Positions 15,731 to 35,190 are shown, counted from the stretch's first letter. The stretch: DNA of 64,000 nt from the human T2T-CHM13v2.0 reference genome, Homo sapiens (GCF_009914755.1 NC_060936.1), one strand, 5' to 3'. Program-made: numbers and translations. The notes: generated by a model from the letters alone, not told the origin.

Positions 15731-17267
15731 ACAGACAGCAGTACTTGGACCTACCCTAGATGGTTTCTGCAAAATGAAATCAAATGAGATGACACCAGGA
15801 AATCAAATGCTTATAACTATTCTCATTTGCCTGCAATCGGTACTGGCTCCTCAGTTCTCTGCTAAACCATTCTGGCAGGGATGCAAAACAAGGGCCAGCT
15901 AATTTGCACACTTCCAGCATCTCCCTGGCTCCAAGGCCCTGCATCAGCTACTCCTGTCTTCTTTCAACTCCTGTCGGCGGTGCCAGGAGCTGCGGGAGAG
16001 CAGCTGCCCCAGCCCATCCAGCCATGACCTCACCATGCCTGGGTTGGTGTGCAGGCCCAATTGTGGCCCATCTTAATCACATTTCCAGTTCATTAAAGAA
16101 GACCAGGCATCTTCCCTGGAGACATCAGGCGGGTGCAGGGGAGGAGGAGGGAAAGCAAGCACATCTCAGTGGCAGGCAGCAGGAGGAGAGAAAGCAGAGC
16201 CAGAGATCTGAAGCTTAGCTATTGTGTTTGCTCCCAAGCAGCTGACAAAGGAGAAGGGAGGGGGACATTCCTAGGACTGAGTGAACAAAGAAAGGAAAGT
16301 CTAATACATAGAGTGCAATATTGTTCCACAAGCCCTGATCTTTCTAGCTCTGGGATGGGTGCCCTGCAGCAGCCCCTGGTAGGTATGGAGGCGCCTGGAG
16401 TCTGAGCTGCTCCAAAGTAGTGGGTTCAAGAATTCACCCTGCAGCAGGGAATACTTTCTCATTGGTCAGCTGTAATGATGGGTGGGGGAGGGTAGCTGAT
16501 TCTATTTATAACTTCTGGCCGGCCCAAGATTCCCACCCGCATTCCAAGATTCTGACTCACAAGGACCTGGTGAAACCTGTTGATAGATTTCCACCAAATG
16601 GATGGTTTCTGCAGAGCTTGACATACCTCTCTCTAAGATAGCTGGGGTCCAGTGCTCATGAGAAGTAGGAGACTTGGCCATGGAGCTCTCTAAGGGACCC
16701 TCCTCACCTTCTCCTTGGGGCTCCTGGAGGCATCTGAGCAGCTTCTAGGGATTAGGGCATGCTGGCTGGATGGACAAGGACGGGGCACCATTCCCTGGTT
16801 CCCAGTCTAGGGCCTACCAAGCTCTGGGGATGGAAAGCAGCCCTTTCTGAATCACTCACCCATCCTGCTCCCAGCAAGAAAAAAGCATCAGCTCTGTGAC
16901 AGGAGCTAATTCCCCTAAGCTGCGCTATCACTTACCATTCACTTGGCGATTTGTCATTTACTAACCCCAGACAGTCTTTCATGGTTTAATTTCTCTTACG
17001 TGTCTTGTCCCTTAGTCTACCTTGTAAGACGCAAGCCATATGAAACATCTCAGTGAATATGCACTTATGGGCACCATCAGATTCTTGTCCATTCTGTTGC
17101 TCACCAGGGAAAAGGAAAAGGGAAAGGAACCCACCTGAGAAATAGTTCGTTAAAGGATTTTGGGAACATTATGTTAGGGAGGCCTTTGAATTGAATGCTT
17201 GGGTGCTAGGACCTTATCCAACTCTCCTCAAGGGCTTGTCAAATGAGCAACATAAAAGGCCAAGTTC

Positions 17268-17522
17268 CAATGAGAACACATGGACACAGGGAGGGGAACA
17301 TCACACACCACGGCCTGTGGGCGGGGAGGGGGGGCGCGGGGGGCGGGGGCAAGGAGAGAGCGAGCATTAGGACAAACACCTAATGCATGTGGGGCTTAAA
17401 ACCTAAATGATGGGTTGATAGGTGCAGCAAACCACCATGGCACATGTATGCCTATGTAACAAACCTGCACGTTCAGCACATGTATCCCAGAACTTAAAGT
17501 AAAATTTTAAAAAAAAATTTTT
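17268..17522 (+). mobile_element. L1PA 3'UTR fragment (heavily 5'-truncated)
   Basis: caatgagaacacatggacacagggagggg...cagaacttaaagt; 13-bp TSD aaaggccaagttc at 17255-17267 and 17523-17535; G-rich tract 17318-17350. Confidence 0.9.
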
Positions 17523-18959
17523 AAAGGCCAAGTTCAAGGGAAATCTGCAAAACCCCATGGTAGCCACTGACCTCTGCCATGAGGCTAGACCCCCAAGGGA
17601 ACAGTGGCCAAGGTCACCACTGTTTCACCACAACCATTGGCTCCCTGCCCTTCTCCCATCCTGCACTCAGGTGAGCCAGTCTGCTGTAAAGAAAGGGTGC
17701 CTATCCATGGGGGGTTCCGTGGAGCTCTGTTTACCTCAGAGAGGGAAGATTGAGAGGCAGAGTAGGAAAGTAACTTACACGAGGACATGCAGAGAATTGG
17801 GCCAAACCAAGGACTGCCCCCTGGATTCTTGGACCTCAGTAAAGCACTTGAAATAAGTCCTCATTCCTTAGCCTATCAATGACTCAAGAAAGAGAGACTT
17901 GAGAGAGCAGTTCTCATCAAAACGGGGAAAGACACGTGTGTACTTATTGCAAACCCCAGCTCTGAGCTCGGTGTCACTGGGGCATAGTGGGTGGGCACCC
18001 CAACTCTAAAACCAGGGCCATCATCTGACAACTAACTTCTCTGGGATCCTGCATTCCAAGGGTCCTTCCTTGAGATCTACTGACCTTCTCTGGGCCAGGC
18101 TCTCCCCTGACAACTGGACTCTATGAATCACAACTATGCTACCAAGCAAACTAATGTAACAAAATTCTTCCCAGTCTCCAAGAAAAGTCCATTCCAGACC
18201 AAAACTGCCAATTAAGTGAATGGAAGAGGCAAGGAGAAGAAGGAGGGAAGGCAGAAGTGGGCCTAGACAGTGAGACCCAAGTCCGCTGGGCTTACATTGC
18301 CTCCCTCCATGCCTGTGAATTTCCCTTTCAGAGTCACCATGAGCAGAAATAGCAGAAAGGGCTGGTAGGTCCTTTGCAAATAAAAGGCTTGAGCAATATT
18401 TAATGAGAACATGAAGAGTGAACTGCTTTGTCTCTAATGGAATGGGTATTTTCTGTGCCTCTTTGGGCTACTGAGGAGGCATGCTGTGATTATTCAAAGT
18501 CAACATGACTGTTTAAAATGTTAGCTCAAGCAGGACAGGTGATTTTCTGGGAGGAAGAGGAATCACAGGTGAACTGCATGCTGTTTCAGAGGAGGCGGAA
18601 AGAGTTCTACAAGATAATGGAGGAAGCGAGAGAATGTGAAGACATGAATGGCCAAAGAAAATAAGGCTTGTGTTCACCTAATAAACACCAAATTCAGAGA
18701 CCAGTGGAAAACAGGAAATCTGAGGCTATTCAGTGACTGACGGGACTGCAATTGACGTGAGCTCCTGAGCCAGACCAGGAGAAACCAGACCCAAAGCACC
18801 TGCTTCTCCAGTATTCAGGGACACGGAAGGACAGGGCTTTAGCTTCGAACGGGCGTACAATGAAAGAAGGAATTTACCAGGGAGTCAAGGAGGGCTGCCT
18901 AGGGCTGAGGTCTGCAAGATGGCTGGGAAGCGCCCAGCAAGGGTGTCTCAAAGACTTAA

Positions 18960-19265
<306 letters not shown>

Positions 19266-19798
19266 AAGATTTAACTCTTACAGTCAAGGTCACAGCATAA
19301 CCTGTCTACCCAGACACAGTTTGTGGAGAGCATTCATGCGGCAGGTAGGGGGTTGAAGTAGATATCTGCTAGATTCTCAACCAACTCTGAGTTCTTATGA
19401 GCCTAAGATTCCTAACATTGATGAAAAGAAATTTCTTCCACTTCAGACAGCTGTCGGAGGTTGCTGCTGCTGCTGAATGATTCACCACTCTACGGTAGGT
19501 AGAGTGGTAACTGGTGCACTCAGTTTCTCAATAGAGACTGATCGCCTTGAGGAGGTGATCCTGAGCGAGGAGATGATGGTCACAGAGACTGTGCCTCCCT
19601 GAGGAAGCCAGGCCAACACCATCACATGTCATGATGCAAGCCACACAGTCCACACAGTGGCAACACACCAAGTGACTACTGTTCATATGGTAGACATTGT
19701 AGAGGTATATACATGTACATTATATGTTCAGTTATTATGTTTATCTTGGCCGTTTCCCGGCAGGTGGTGGTGAAGTTTCTTGAGAAAGGGGTGCCTTT

Positions 19799-20127
<329 letters not shown>

Positions 20128-21545
20128 CTAATTAGCAAAAGCATGCTATGAGCTGGATGCAGCCCAAGCCCAGCCCCCCGGAGCCTTGGGCTTCCTGTTG
20201 CAGACAGGACTACAGGACAAAGCCAAGATCCCTTTGTAAGGTTCAGTCCTTGCTGGCCTTCCCCAGTCTGATCGAATTTTTTTAAAGTGATCTAAGGGTC
20301 TTTCTTTCTCAAAGGTACACTTTGTGATAGTTACCTGCAGATGAACATCAATTATCTGAATGTTCATAGCTTGGGGCTCCAAACTCCAACCATCTTGCCT
20401 TCAGTTTGAAAAGCTGAAAAAACTGCAAATTTGCATGCAATCAAACAAGGCCATTATCAGTCCCAGTGGAAACAGGCATTGGGTTTTGTTGGCATAACAA
20501 GGAAACATTCATTCCCTAGGTATAACTAACAAGTAATATGACCTGGCTCTCAGAATGAGCTGACTCCTTGCTATGCCCTAGAAAGACAGAAAGCACCAGA
20601 GGGTTGGGGAAGTAGATTCTGGAGGCTGTCAAGGAAAGTTTCAAGGTCAGTGTGAACTCCCACACAGAACACTCTGTCACCCTGAACGGCCCTTGGAGCC
20701 ACAACAGCAGACACTCATAAATGATGCGGCATTTACCAGACCGGACTTCTGAACCTGGGGGCCCTGCGGGACTACACAGGCTGTGAACAATTCAAAAGGC
20801 CATATTAATCACCTCTTGGGAGACGAGTCATTGTGCTTCCGAGCCAGTGAAAAAACCTCGGTTGTGGGCAAACACTATCTGATTGGCTGAGGACAAAGCA
20901 GTCTTCTCTTCTCAGGTAAACAACCTGAAACCGGGAGTTCTGAGCTGGGAGGAGCTTGTGCCTCTGGGAGGTCTCACGTGTTTGTGGCCTCAGCCCAACA
21001 CGAAGAACCTGGTACCCAGTTTTTTCAGCTGTTCCCAGGACACTGGTTAGTAAGGACTTTAATGCACCCAGGAGACAAAGCGAGTAGCTAGGGTACAGCT
21101 GGAGCCTCAGAAAGGTGCCCCGGGAGGCAAACAAGGCTTCTCTTGCATTCTCCCTCCCTTTTGTCTCCAGGAGACAAACCTCCCAGTCTCCCTCCTCAAC
21201 CCGACCTCAGGATCAGGTTCTCCACTTGAGAATCCTGTCTTTACCTCCCACTCAGTATGGATAAATGAGATCATTCCTTTGTATTCCGAGGGTAGGGAAC
21301 ATTTGTCAAGTACTTACTCTGCACTGGGCTATGTTTGCAAAATAAAATGAGACCAAAAATAATAAATCTTTGAAGGCATGTTTCAGTATTAGAGGTACCT
21401 CCACAGCCACCCTGACCCCACCTCACCCACTGAAGCACCCACCACCTCCCCTTCATCTGCCTGGAGAACACTGAAGGGCAGCCGAGGGTGACCCACCTGC
21501 CAACAGCACAACTGTATGTTTGGGAAAAAAAGAAAGAAATTATGA

Positions 21546-21858
<313 letters not shown>

Positions 21859-22195
21859 GAAAATCTGTCCTCTCTTACACAATACCTCGAGTGCACTCAA
21901 TTTGAAATCCATCTGGGTTCACAAACCGCTCTAGAAGGAAGGCTGGTTCCTGTCACTTACCCACTTGGAGGTGTGGAGATATCTGGGCACCTTGTTTTCC
22001 TTCTAACCTCAAGCTGTGCTCGGCTACCCAAAAGGAATGGGTTATAGTTGCGAGGGGGAAGGAGAAAAAGAATGCGTGTTGAAACTTGTGCTTAAAGCCC
22101 GGCGTGTGCTTGTCCTGCTTCTGCCGGCTCCCATTCTCAAGGCAGGGGCACTCCAGCGGAAAACACGGGACAGTGGGAGAATATGGGGAGCCAGC

Positions 22196-22266
22196 TAACA
22201 ACAACTCCTCCTCCTCCTCCTCCTCCTTCTCGTCCTCCTCCTCCTCCTCTTCCTCATCATCATCAT
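22196..22266. repeat. Compound trinucleotide repeat (AAC)n(TCC)n(TCA)n
   Basis: Direct reading. Confidence 0.92.
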
Positions 22267-23721
22267 GGCTCTTAACAGTTGAGCCCCACTGGGCTAAACT
22301 CTATACATATTATCCCTCTCTTACCTTTTCAGTGACCCAGCAGGTACTATTTCTGCTTTACAAATGTGGAAACTGAGGCTCTGCAAAGGCACTTGTCTTG
22401 CCCAGATTCACAAAGCCAGTAAGTGAGCTGACTCAAACCCACACCCTTAGCACCACGCTCACGCCGAGGCCCAGGGTGAGAGACACTCAAGGGGCTATCA
22501 AGGGTATGGTTCAGGCATTTAGAACTTTGACTGCAAAGAAGAGGAAACTCCTCCCTTCCACAAGACAGCACCCTCCCCTCACGTGCTAGAACTCAGTCCG
22601 CCTTTGTTAGTGCCGGTACTGGGCTAGGATCCAGGTGATGCAGACTTTGATGGACTAACCAGAGGACCTAGCACCACCAAAGTCCAAGGGAAAAAGTCTT
22701 TTGGAATGTACTTGTTTATAAGGTGGAGATTGTCTGTTCACAATTTAGGCAGCTGGATTTAGCATCAACTCAGAATATTTTTCTGGGTCTGACATTCTCC
22801 TTGGTCAGAGGTCAAATTGTTCCATGAAGATGAAGACTCACTGAATTAATAACCAGCTAAAACGAAGCTTCCTCGTGTTACCGTGATGGGGGGTGGGTGG
22901 GAGGAGGGAGATGTGGGTGTGTTTTATTTTGTTTCTGGAATAGGAGAGGGCTGGGTTTCTCTACTTATGTACTTACTTAGATAAATCAGATTTCTACAAG
23001 TAAAGGAGTCTGGATTATTGTGGAGGTCACAATCCCTAGATAAATTACACCACCAATTTCCATTCATCCACCCATCCAATATTTATTAAGACCTATTATA
23101 TACTGTCTCTATAGCCCAATCCACAGAAACACATAATGAAAGAGTTTTGGTTTTGGTTTTGTTTTATAGACAGGGTCTCACTCTGTTGCCCAGGCTGGAG
23201 TGCAGTGGTGCAATTGTAGCTCACTGCAGCCTCTACCTCCTGGGCTCAAGTGATCCTCCTGACTCAGCCTCCTGAGCAGCTGGGTCTACAGGTATGAGCC
23301 ACCGCACCAGGCTAATAAAGGGTTTTAGAACTTAAAGAAACCTTAAGAACCTGCAAAGCCCAACTCCCCAAGAGAAACACAAGGGCCCACTGGTAGAAAT
23401 AACTTGAGTAGCCTGAACCAATGTGACCCGAACAGGAAAGGGAGGGAGCCAGGCAGGGCATGAGTCCTGGCTCTGCACCTTGCTAGCTGGCGACTTGGGG
23501 CAGCTACTTAACCTCCTATGGCTTGTTTTCTCATGGGATGAACAAAATCACAGAGCACCTGCCCTACTGCTCTGCTGATGGGCTGCGCACTCGGGTGACT
23601 GCAGCATGCACTCACGCTCTGCAGAGTGGCCCGTGCCCAGACAAAGGCAACTGTGGCCTGTCGCGTCCATCATGACCATGGTCCTGGGTATAGGCAGGGG
23701 CCACCCTCTTTGTGCATGTTT

Positions 23722-24727
<1,006 letters not shown>

Positions 24728-25459
24728 TTTTTGACAGTGTGGTTGCTCTCTGGATAAGGGCAGGAAGGTGGTGCTGTCAAGCAGAGCAGCTTTGTAGAGG
24801 GTGTCGGGGCACAGCGTAGGTGTCGGGGCACAGCGTAGGTGCCCATTCAGAGCCCGAGGACTCATCCACCAGCTGTCCAGTGTTGGCTGCCAAGGGCTCA
24901 CCGCTGAGTCATTCCTCAGGAATGGCCCTCAGCCCAAGGGAGTTCCACCTCCTTACCCAGGGCAGCCCACATCCAGTGACCAACAGGGGCCACTCCACCT
25001 TCCAGAGCTCCTTGAAGGATCAGCTGAGGCCCCGCTGAAGCTCTATCAATGCTATCACAAGCAGTTCAACTTCTCCCACTGCCCAACTCTGCTTCTCTCA
25101 CTTCCTAACCAAGGCTGCTCGAGAGCTCCCCAGTAAACCTCCTGCATACAAACGTCCCGCCCAGGGAGGCTGACTCACAGCACCACCAAGGAACCTTGCT
25201 CCTCAGATGATGAGTCTCTGAGCACAATCCCAAAAGGGCAACAACCCCTGTTCCCCACAGGAGTCCAGCTTCACAGCTGCACCTACCTCCTCAGCCCAAG
25301 TCAGCCTGTTCCACAGTGGGGAGGGAATTACCCATTGAGTGAGGTCTTGCCCCACATAAAGCATTCTTGCCCCAAACACCCACACACAGAGAGGCACAAA
25401 GACCATCTTTACCTGTGGCAGGTGAAGGCAGAGTGTGGTCTGGCCACCCCTCCCCACCT

Positions 25460-25880
25460 CCCCTTCTCTCCAGTGTGAGGTCCTGGTGAGTGAGATCATG
25501 AATGGCAACTCTGATGCAGACAGAGCTGCTACAAGGCTACCTTGTAAGTGGCAACAGGGCTCTGTGGAAGGGGTGGGGCAGTCCTCCCAGCCTTGTCAGG
25601 GTTGGCAGGCATTAGCACACACAGGAGAGGAGAAGGCCATGTGACCACAGAGGCAGAAATTGAAGTCATGAGCCCAAAGACAGGGAATGCCGCTGCCACC
25701 CAAAAATGACGGAAGCAAGGACCTAGAGCCTCTGGAAGGAGCAAAGCCAGCCAACACCTTGATCTCAGCCCAGGGAAACTAAATTTGGACCTCCAGCCTC
25801 CAGAACTGGGAGAAAATAAATGCCTACTGTTTTAAGCCATTGAGTATGAGATAATTTGTTACAGCAGCTTCAGGAAGCCA
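25460..25880 (+). mobile_element. MaLR LTR fragment (MLT1-like)
   Basis: gccaacaccttgatctcagccc...ctccagaactggg...tgttttaagcca...tttgttacagcagc. Confidence 0.65.
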
Positions 25881-26141
25881 TCCTGACATCCAAGCTATGT
25901 CACTTCAGGCACAGCCTCTCACTCAGACTCCCTTCAGTGTCTGCAACTATAAAGTAGTTTTCCTTCCAGCTGAGCTGGTATAAGAGGAGGCTTTCCCTCC
26001 TATTTCTAGTTTACAACAGCCACTTAAGAAAGAAGTGGCTTTTTTCTATCGGTAAAATTTCAGACACCTAGCAGGTGATGATGGAGATATTTGGGGACAA
26101 AAGAGGGCACTGGAGTCTAAAACAGAAAAGCATAGTTACTT

Positions 26142-26858
<717 letters not shown>

Positions 26859-27068
26859 CTACACCAAGTCATTAGCCCAGACTCATTTTTAGAGCTTCAG
26901 GCTCGAGATGTATTAGAATTAGACTCTAGCCACAGTTAGTTTTGGAGGAAATGGCCCTGCGTAAGTCCATTCCTCCCCCAGATGGAAGGATATGAGACTG
27001 AGTCCTTCTGTCTTTTAGATCCAGAAATCACACACCATCCAGGTGCACCCAGGCCAGTCCACACCCAC

Positions 27069-27193
27069 CTTCTGCATTTCCCCAGAGGAGATGTTGCATG
27101 AGCTGCTGGGAGGAGATGCCCGTTCACACCACTGTTCTCCACTGCTCAGAGCCCATGAGTTGGCAAAGTCATAAGGGTCCGAGGTCAAGGTCC
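27069..27193 (-). CDS. VWF: VWF exon 6 (c.533-657), [42 protein letters not shown]
   Basis: ccacag|GGACCT...GAAG|gtgggt; 125 nt. Confidence 0.98.
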
Positions 27194-27270
27194 CTGTGGA
27201 GGAAAGTTTCAGGAAAGTAATGCTTCAGTTATGCCTGTCCCAGAACTTCTGGGTGAAAATTCTAGGTCTG

Positions 27271-27578
27271 CTGGTGGTTTTGTGTGTTTTGTTTTAATTT
27301 TTTATAAAGAGACAGGGTCTGGCTATGTTTCCCAGGCTGGAGTGCGCGGCTATTCACAAGTGCAATCCCACTACTGAGCAGCACAGGAGTTTTGACTTGA
27401 CCCATCTCTGGCTTGGCTGGTTCACCCCTCCTCAGGCAACCCAGTTGTCCCCCACTCCCCAGGAGGCCCCCATATTGATGCATAGTGCTCTGCAGCCCAG
27501 AACACCTGGGCTCAAGCAATCCTCCCCCATCAGCCTCCCCAGTAGCTGGGAATGCAGGTGTGGGCCACCACACCAGGC
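27271..27578 (-). pseudogene. 7SL (SRP) RNA retropseudogene in intron 5 (possibly RN7SL69P)
   Basis: Contains the S-domain absent from Alu (CATCAATATGG...GGTTGCCTGAGGAGGGGTGAACC...GTCAAAACTCCTGTGCTGCTCAGTAGTGGGAT...GTGAATAGCC). Decayed A tail; TSD tctaggtctg at 27261-27270 and 27579-27588. Confidence 0.92.
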
Positions 27579-27702
27579 TCTAGGTCTGTTTTTACCTGAA
27601 TCAAACTTGTATTAAATTAAACAATAAGCATGCATACAGTGCTCAACCTAACACCACAGGGCATGGGCATCAGAGCTCAGCAGACGCTTGGAGACTGAAG
27701 AA

Positions 27703-27761
27703 GGATGGATGGATAGATGGATGGATGGATGGATGGATGGATGGATGGATGGATGGATGGA
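27703..27761. repeat. (GGAT)n tetranucleotide repeat
   Basis: Direct reading; one GATA interruption. Confidence 0.93.
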
Positions 27762-28559
27762 CGGTTACAATTACGATGAGGGAGATGAGGTGAAAGATGA
27801 TGAGGAAATGCCCTTTCCCTGTCACTTCTCCATGCCTTCATGTGCCTTTCTCCCTCCATGTGGAATGTTCTCCTCCCCCTTATTGCCTTAACTATCTCCA
27901 TTCCTTCTTCAAGATGCAGCTCAAGAACCACTGCCTCCAGGTGTGGTCCTGGTGAGTGAATGGTCCTTTCTGAACAGCTCTACTCCCATTTCGCACCCCA
28001 GCCTGTATGGGTGTCACCTTCCCTGTGCCCCATGGCACCTGGGCATCCCTCTACCAAAACACTCATCACCTTTGGTTTGTATTCTTTTTGCTCATATTCA
28101 TCTCCCATTCAACTGTGAGCTCCTTACTTAAGGGTATGGGCTGTGTCTCTTATCTCTAAATTCTTATACAGTGGATTACGAATGCTCAAAATATTTTTGC
28201 AGAATGAAGGTAAGAATATGACATGGAACCTAAGCCCAGTCCCCAAGTCACTGCATACTCCAGGCTCTCACAGCATCTGTGCTTTAGTACTTATAGTGCT
28301 CATGCTACTGTCAGCTACTCACAATAGACTGTGAGGGCCTCGTGGACCTACATGGCCTAGTGCAAAGTAATTGCGTAATCTGTATTACAAAGGCAGTATG
28401 AGACTACTACCTTTGCAGTATTGGGATGAGCAGTTTTCTGCATAGCCAGGCCTGGAAGAGAGAAGTAGGTCTCAAGGTCAAGTAATGCATTTGCAAATAG
28501 TAAATAAACTGTCCCCAGGGAAGAAAAATATAAATGAGACCTTGGAATATAGTCAGTTG

Positions 28560-29358
<799 letters not shown>

Positions 29359-30219
29359 TGGGAGAAGCCAAAGGCAAGAGAACTTAAATTTGTGGCATGT
29401 TGACTGTGTGCCAGACATTGTGACAGGTACTCTCTGGGTACTCAGTCACTCCATATCACACAGGTTTTGACACTTTCTAATAAACCACATTAAGGAAGGG
29501 ACATAGAGGAGGCTTCATGTTGTTGCCTGGGCAAAGCCCCTCTGTGACCCTGTGTGATCTGGGCTGATCCCAATTCCTTATGTGCAAATAAGGAGTTAGA
29601 CTAGATGACTTCTAGGGTCGTTTTTAGCCCTGACCATCTATGAAGTGAAACTTTACAGGCTAGATCTGAAACGAGACATACACTGTCCAAGAGATGGAAT
29701 TACAAATATTCTTGCTTAGAGAAAACTCTCTGAAAGCCTAAGTAAAAGCCAAGCTGAGCAGATTCCTAGAAGTCAGGAAGGAAAGTTAACTGTTTGGGGA
29801 CAAACATTGTTGAGTCTTTAACAACCAAAGACAACTAAACCCCCAGTCCTTTGAGGATGGTTTCTGAAATATTACCAGAGTCCTGAATTTTTACCAACAA
29901 ACACCAACACAGTATAGACTTCATTTTCAGTTTTTAAACCTTAAAGCCTGGGAATATGAAAGATATTTTAGGGCTGGGACTTCCATTTCTAGCAACATGA
30001 CAGATTAGAAAACACTGAAACACGTGCCACTACAATGAACAAATGCCCTATTGAATTCATGACTAATCTCACAAAAAAGTATAAGAAATTTCAAAAGACA
30101 AGCCTGGCGCAGTGGTTCATGCTTGTAATCCCAGCACTTTGGGAGGCCGAGGCGGGCGGATCACGAGGTCGGGAGATCGAGACCATCCTGGCTAACATGG
30201 TGAAACCCCATCTCTACTA

Positions 30220-30393
<174 letters not shown>

Positions 30394-31083
30394 TCAAAAG
30401 ACAAAAAGAAAGAGGGGGAAAGGATAAGGAGAGAAAAAGGAAAAACAGACCTGGTGAGTGTTGAAGTCGGGGCAAGGGTGGCAATCTTGCCAACGAAGGG
30501 GTGTGGGTTTAACAGCTTTGGATCTCCATGATGTAGGAAGGAGATCCTGAGACCCCCATTGTGAAGCTGGGACCCTTAAAGGATGACAACACCCTCCATG
30601 AGAAAGTTCACAAGAAAAAAAATCTACTCTAAGAAACAATGGGCTGGCCACAGTGGCTCACATCTATAATTCTTGCACTTTGGGAGGCCGAGGCAGGTGG
30701 ATCACTTGAGGTCAAGAGTTCAAGATCAGCCTGTCCAACATGGTGAAACCCTGTTTCTACTAAAACTACAAAAATTAGCCAGGCGTGGGGGTGGATGCCT
30801 GTAATCCCAGCTACTCAGGAGGCTGAGGCAGAAGAACCACTTGAACTGGGCAGAGGAGGTTGCAGTGAGCCCCGATCGCGCCACTGCACTCCAGCCTGGG
30901 GGACAGAGCAAGACTCTATCTCAAAAAAAAAAAAAAAAAAAAAAACCAAGGAAGCAAAAGTTTGTTAACCTAGTCTAAGTTCTGGATAAGTGAGGAAAAA
31001 CGTCTCCCTCAATATCTGTACTTGTGGGAAAGCCCTCATATGGATTTGAGATTCCTATTTATACTTCTTATAAGATTTAGTAA

Positions 31084-32509
<1,426 letters not shown>

Positions 32510-32804
32510 AAAGACACAGAAATAGCAAGAGTAGAGCTTCAAAAACTTCAGATAATAAAATTTCTATATAAAGGTTATAAAACAAACATATTTAAAATTA
32601 TTGTTGTAAAGAAGAAATGGAAATTTCATAAAAGAACAAGATAATAAGAAAAATAATAGAGTAGAAAAAGAGCCAGGTTTACCTTCTAAAATTACAAATA
32701 TAGTTAATGAAATGAACAGAAACCTCTATTGATGGTGGTTAGACATCACCTGCCGATTAGACACAGTTGAGAGAGAATTAGTGGATTAGAAGATAGATCT
32801 AAGT

Positions 32805-32992
32805 AGAGATGAGCTGATAATCCCCTTCTCCAGGAAAAAAGCAAAGCTCTGATTTGTAGCATTTGCTGGTTTCCATCGTGTAAATACTCCTACCATGGCC
32901 AGTTTCAAGCTACCAATGTGATATCAGTGAATGTGGAGCTGGGAAGAGATACACACAATCAATTCTCACCAACCAGCATGAGCACAACACTT
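32805..32992 (-). mobile_element. hAT MITE, MER63A-like
   Basis: tgatttgtagcatttgctggtttcc...gtaaatactcctaccatggcc...tttcaagctaccaa. Confidence 0.65.
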
Positions 32993-33720
32993 GAGCCAAG
33001 CAAACGACCTAAAAAAGCAACACAGAGGGATAAAGAGCTTAAAAAAAAAAAATGGAAGTAAGGTAAAGATTAAAAAAGGGATGAAATAAAAATATCCAGG
33101 CCAGGCGCGGTGGCTCACGCCTGTAATCTCAGCATTTTGGGAGGCCGAGGAGGGCAGATCACGACGTCAGGAGATTGAGACCAGCCTGGCCGATATGGTG
33201 AAACCCCGTCTCTATTAAAAATACAAAAAATTAGCCAGGCATGGTGGCGGGCGCCTGTAGTCCCAGTTATTCAGGAGGCTGAGGCAGGACAATTGCTTGA
33301 ACCCGGCAGGCGGAGGTTGCTGTGAGCCGAGACACGCCGCTGCACTCCAGCCTAGGCGACAGAGTGAGACTCCATCTCAAAAAGAAAAAAATAATAATAA
33401 TAAAAATAAAGTAATCCAACATATTTCTCACAGTTCCCAAAGGAGAAAAAAATGACTGAAAATGTTCTAAATCTGATGAAAGATAGGAAGCATCAGGGCC
33501 AGGCGTGGTGGCTCATGCCTGTAATCCCAGCACTTTGGCTTTTTAGAAAATTAAGCTTTTGGGTCATGTCCAAATGACAGACAGAACATGACATTTATGG
33601 GGGAGGGCGGAATTTTCTCTCTTAAAACTAGGTGTTAGTTAAAAACCAGAAGAAGGCACAGATTCTGCATGTGCTCAGAAAGGGAAGGGCTGATTCTTTT
33701 ATTCAATCAACAAATATTTA

Positions 33721-34023
<303 letters not shown>

Positions 34024-34232
34024 CTACACAGTAAGACTGTCTCAAAAAAACAAAAACAGGCAGAGCACGTTGGCTCACACCTGTAATCCCAGCACTGTGG
34101 GAGGCCGAGGCAGGCGGATCACGAGGTCAAGAGATCCAGACCATCCTGGCCAACACGGTGAAACCCCGTCTCTACTAAAAATACAAAAATTAGCCAGGCG
34201 TGGTGGCAGGCGCCTGTAGTCCCAGCTACTCA

Positions 34233-34352
<120 letters not shown>

Positions 34353-34579
34353 TTAAAAATAGAATTGCCATGCTAATGGATCAGAATTCATATTGTTAAA
34401 ATGACCATACTGCCCAAAGCAATCTACAGATTCAATGTAATCCTTATCAAAGTACCAATGTCATTTTTCACAGAATTAGAAAATGCAATCTTAAAATTCA
34501 TATGGAACTGAAAAACAGACCGAATAGCCAAAGCAATCCTGAACAAAAAGAACAAAGCTGGAGGCATCACAATATGTGA

Positions 34580-34936
<357 letters not shown>

Positions 34937-35148
34937 TATATATATATATGTGTGTATATATACATATATATGTGTGTGTGTGTATACACGTGTGTGTATA
35001 CACGTGTGTGTATACACACGTGTGTGTATACACACGTGTGTATATACATACACATATATGTGTATATACACATATGTGTGTGTATATACATATATGTGTA
35101 TACACACACGTATATATATACACACATATGTGTATATACACATATATG

Positions 35149-35189
<41 letters not shown>
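34937..35189. repeat. Complex alternating purine-pyrimidine microsatellite (TA/TG/CA, ~250 bp)
   Basis: Units gtgtgtatacac(ac), tatacacata, terminal (CA)n. Confidence 0.95.

Positions 35190-35190
<1 letters not shown>

Noticed and set aside
22086-22376. Poly-serine ORF
   Set aside because: Translation of the (TCC)n repeat
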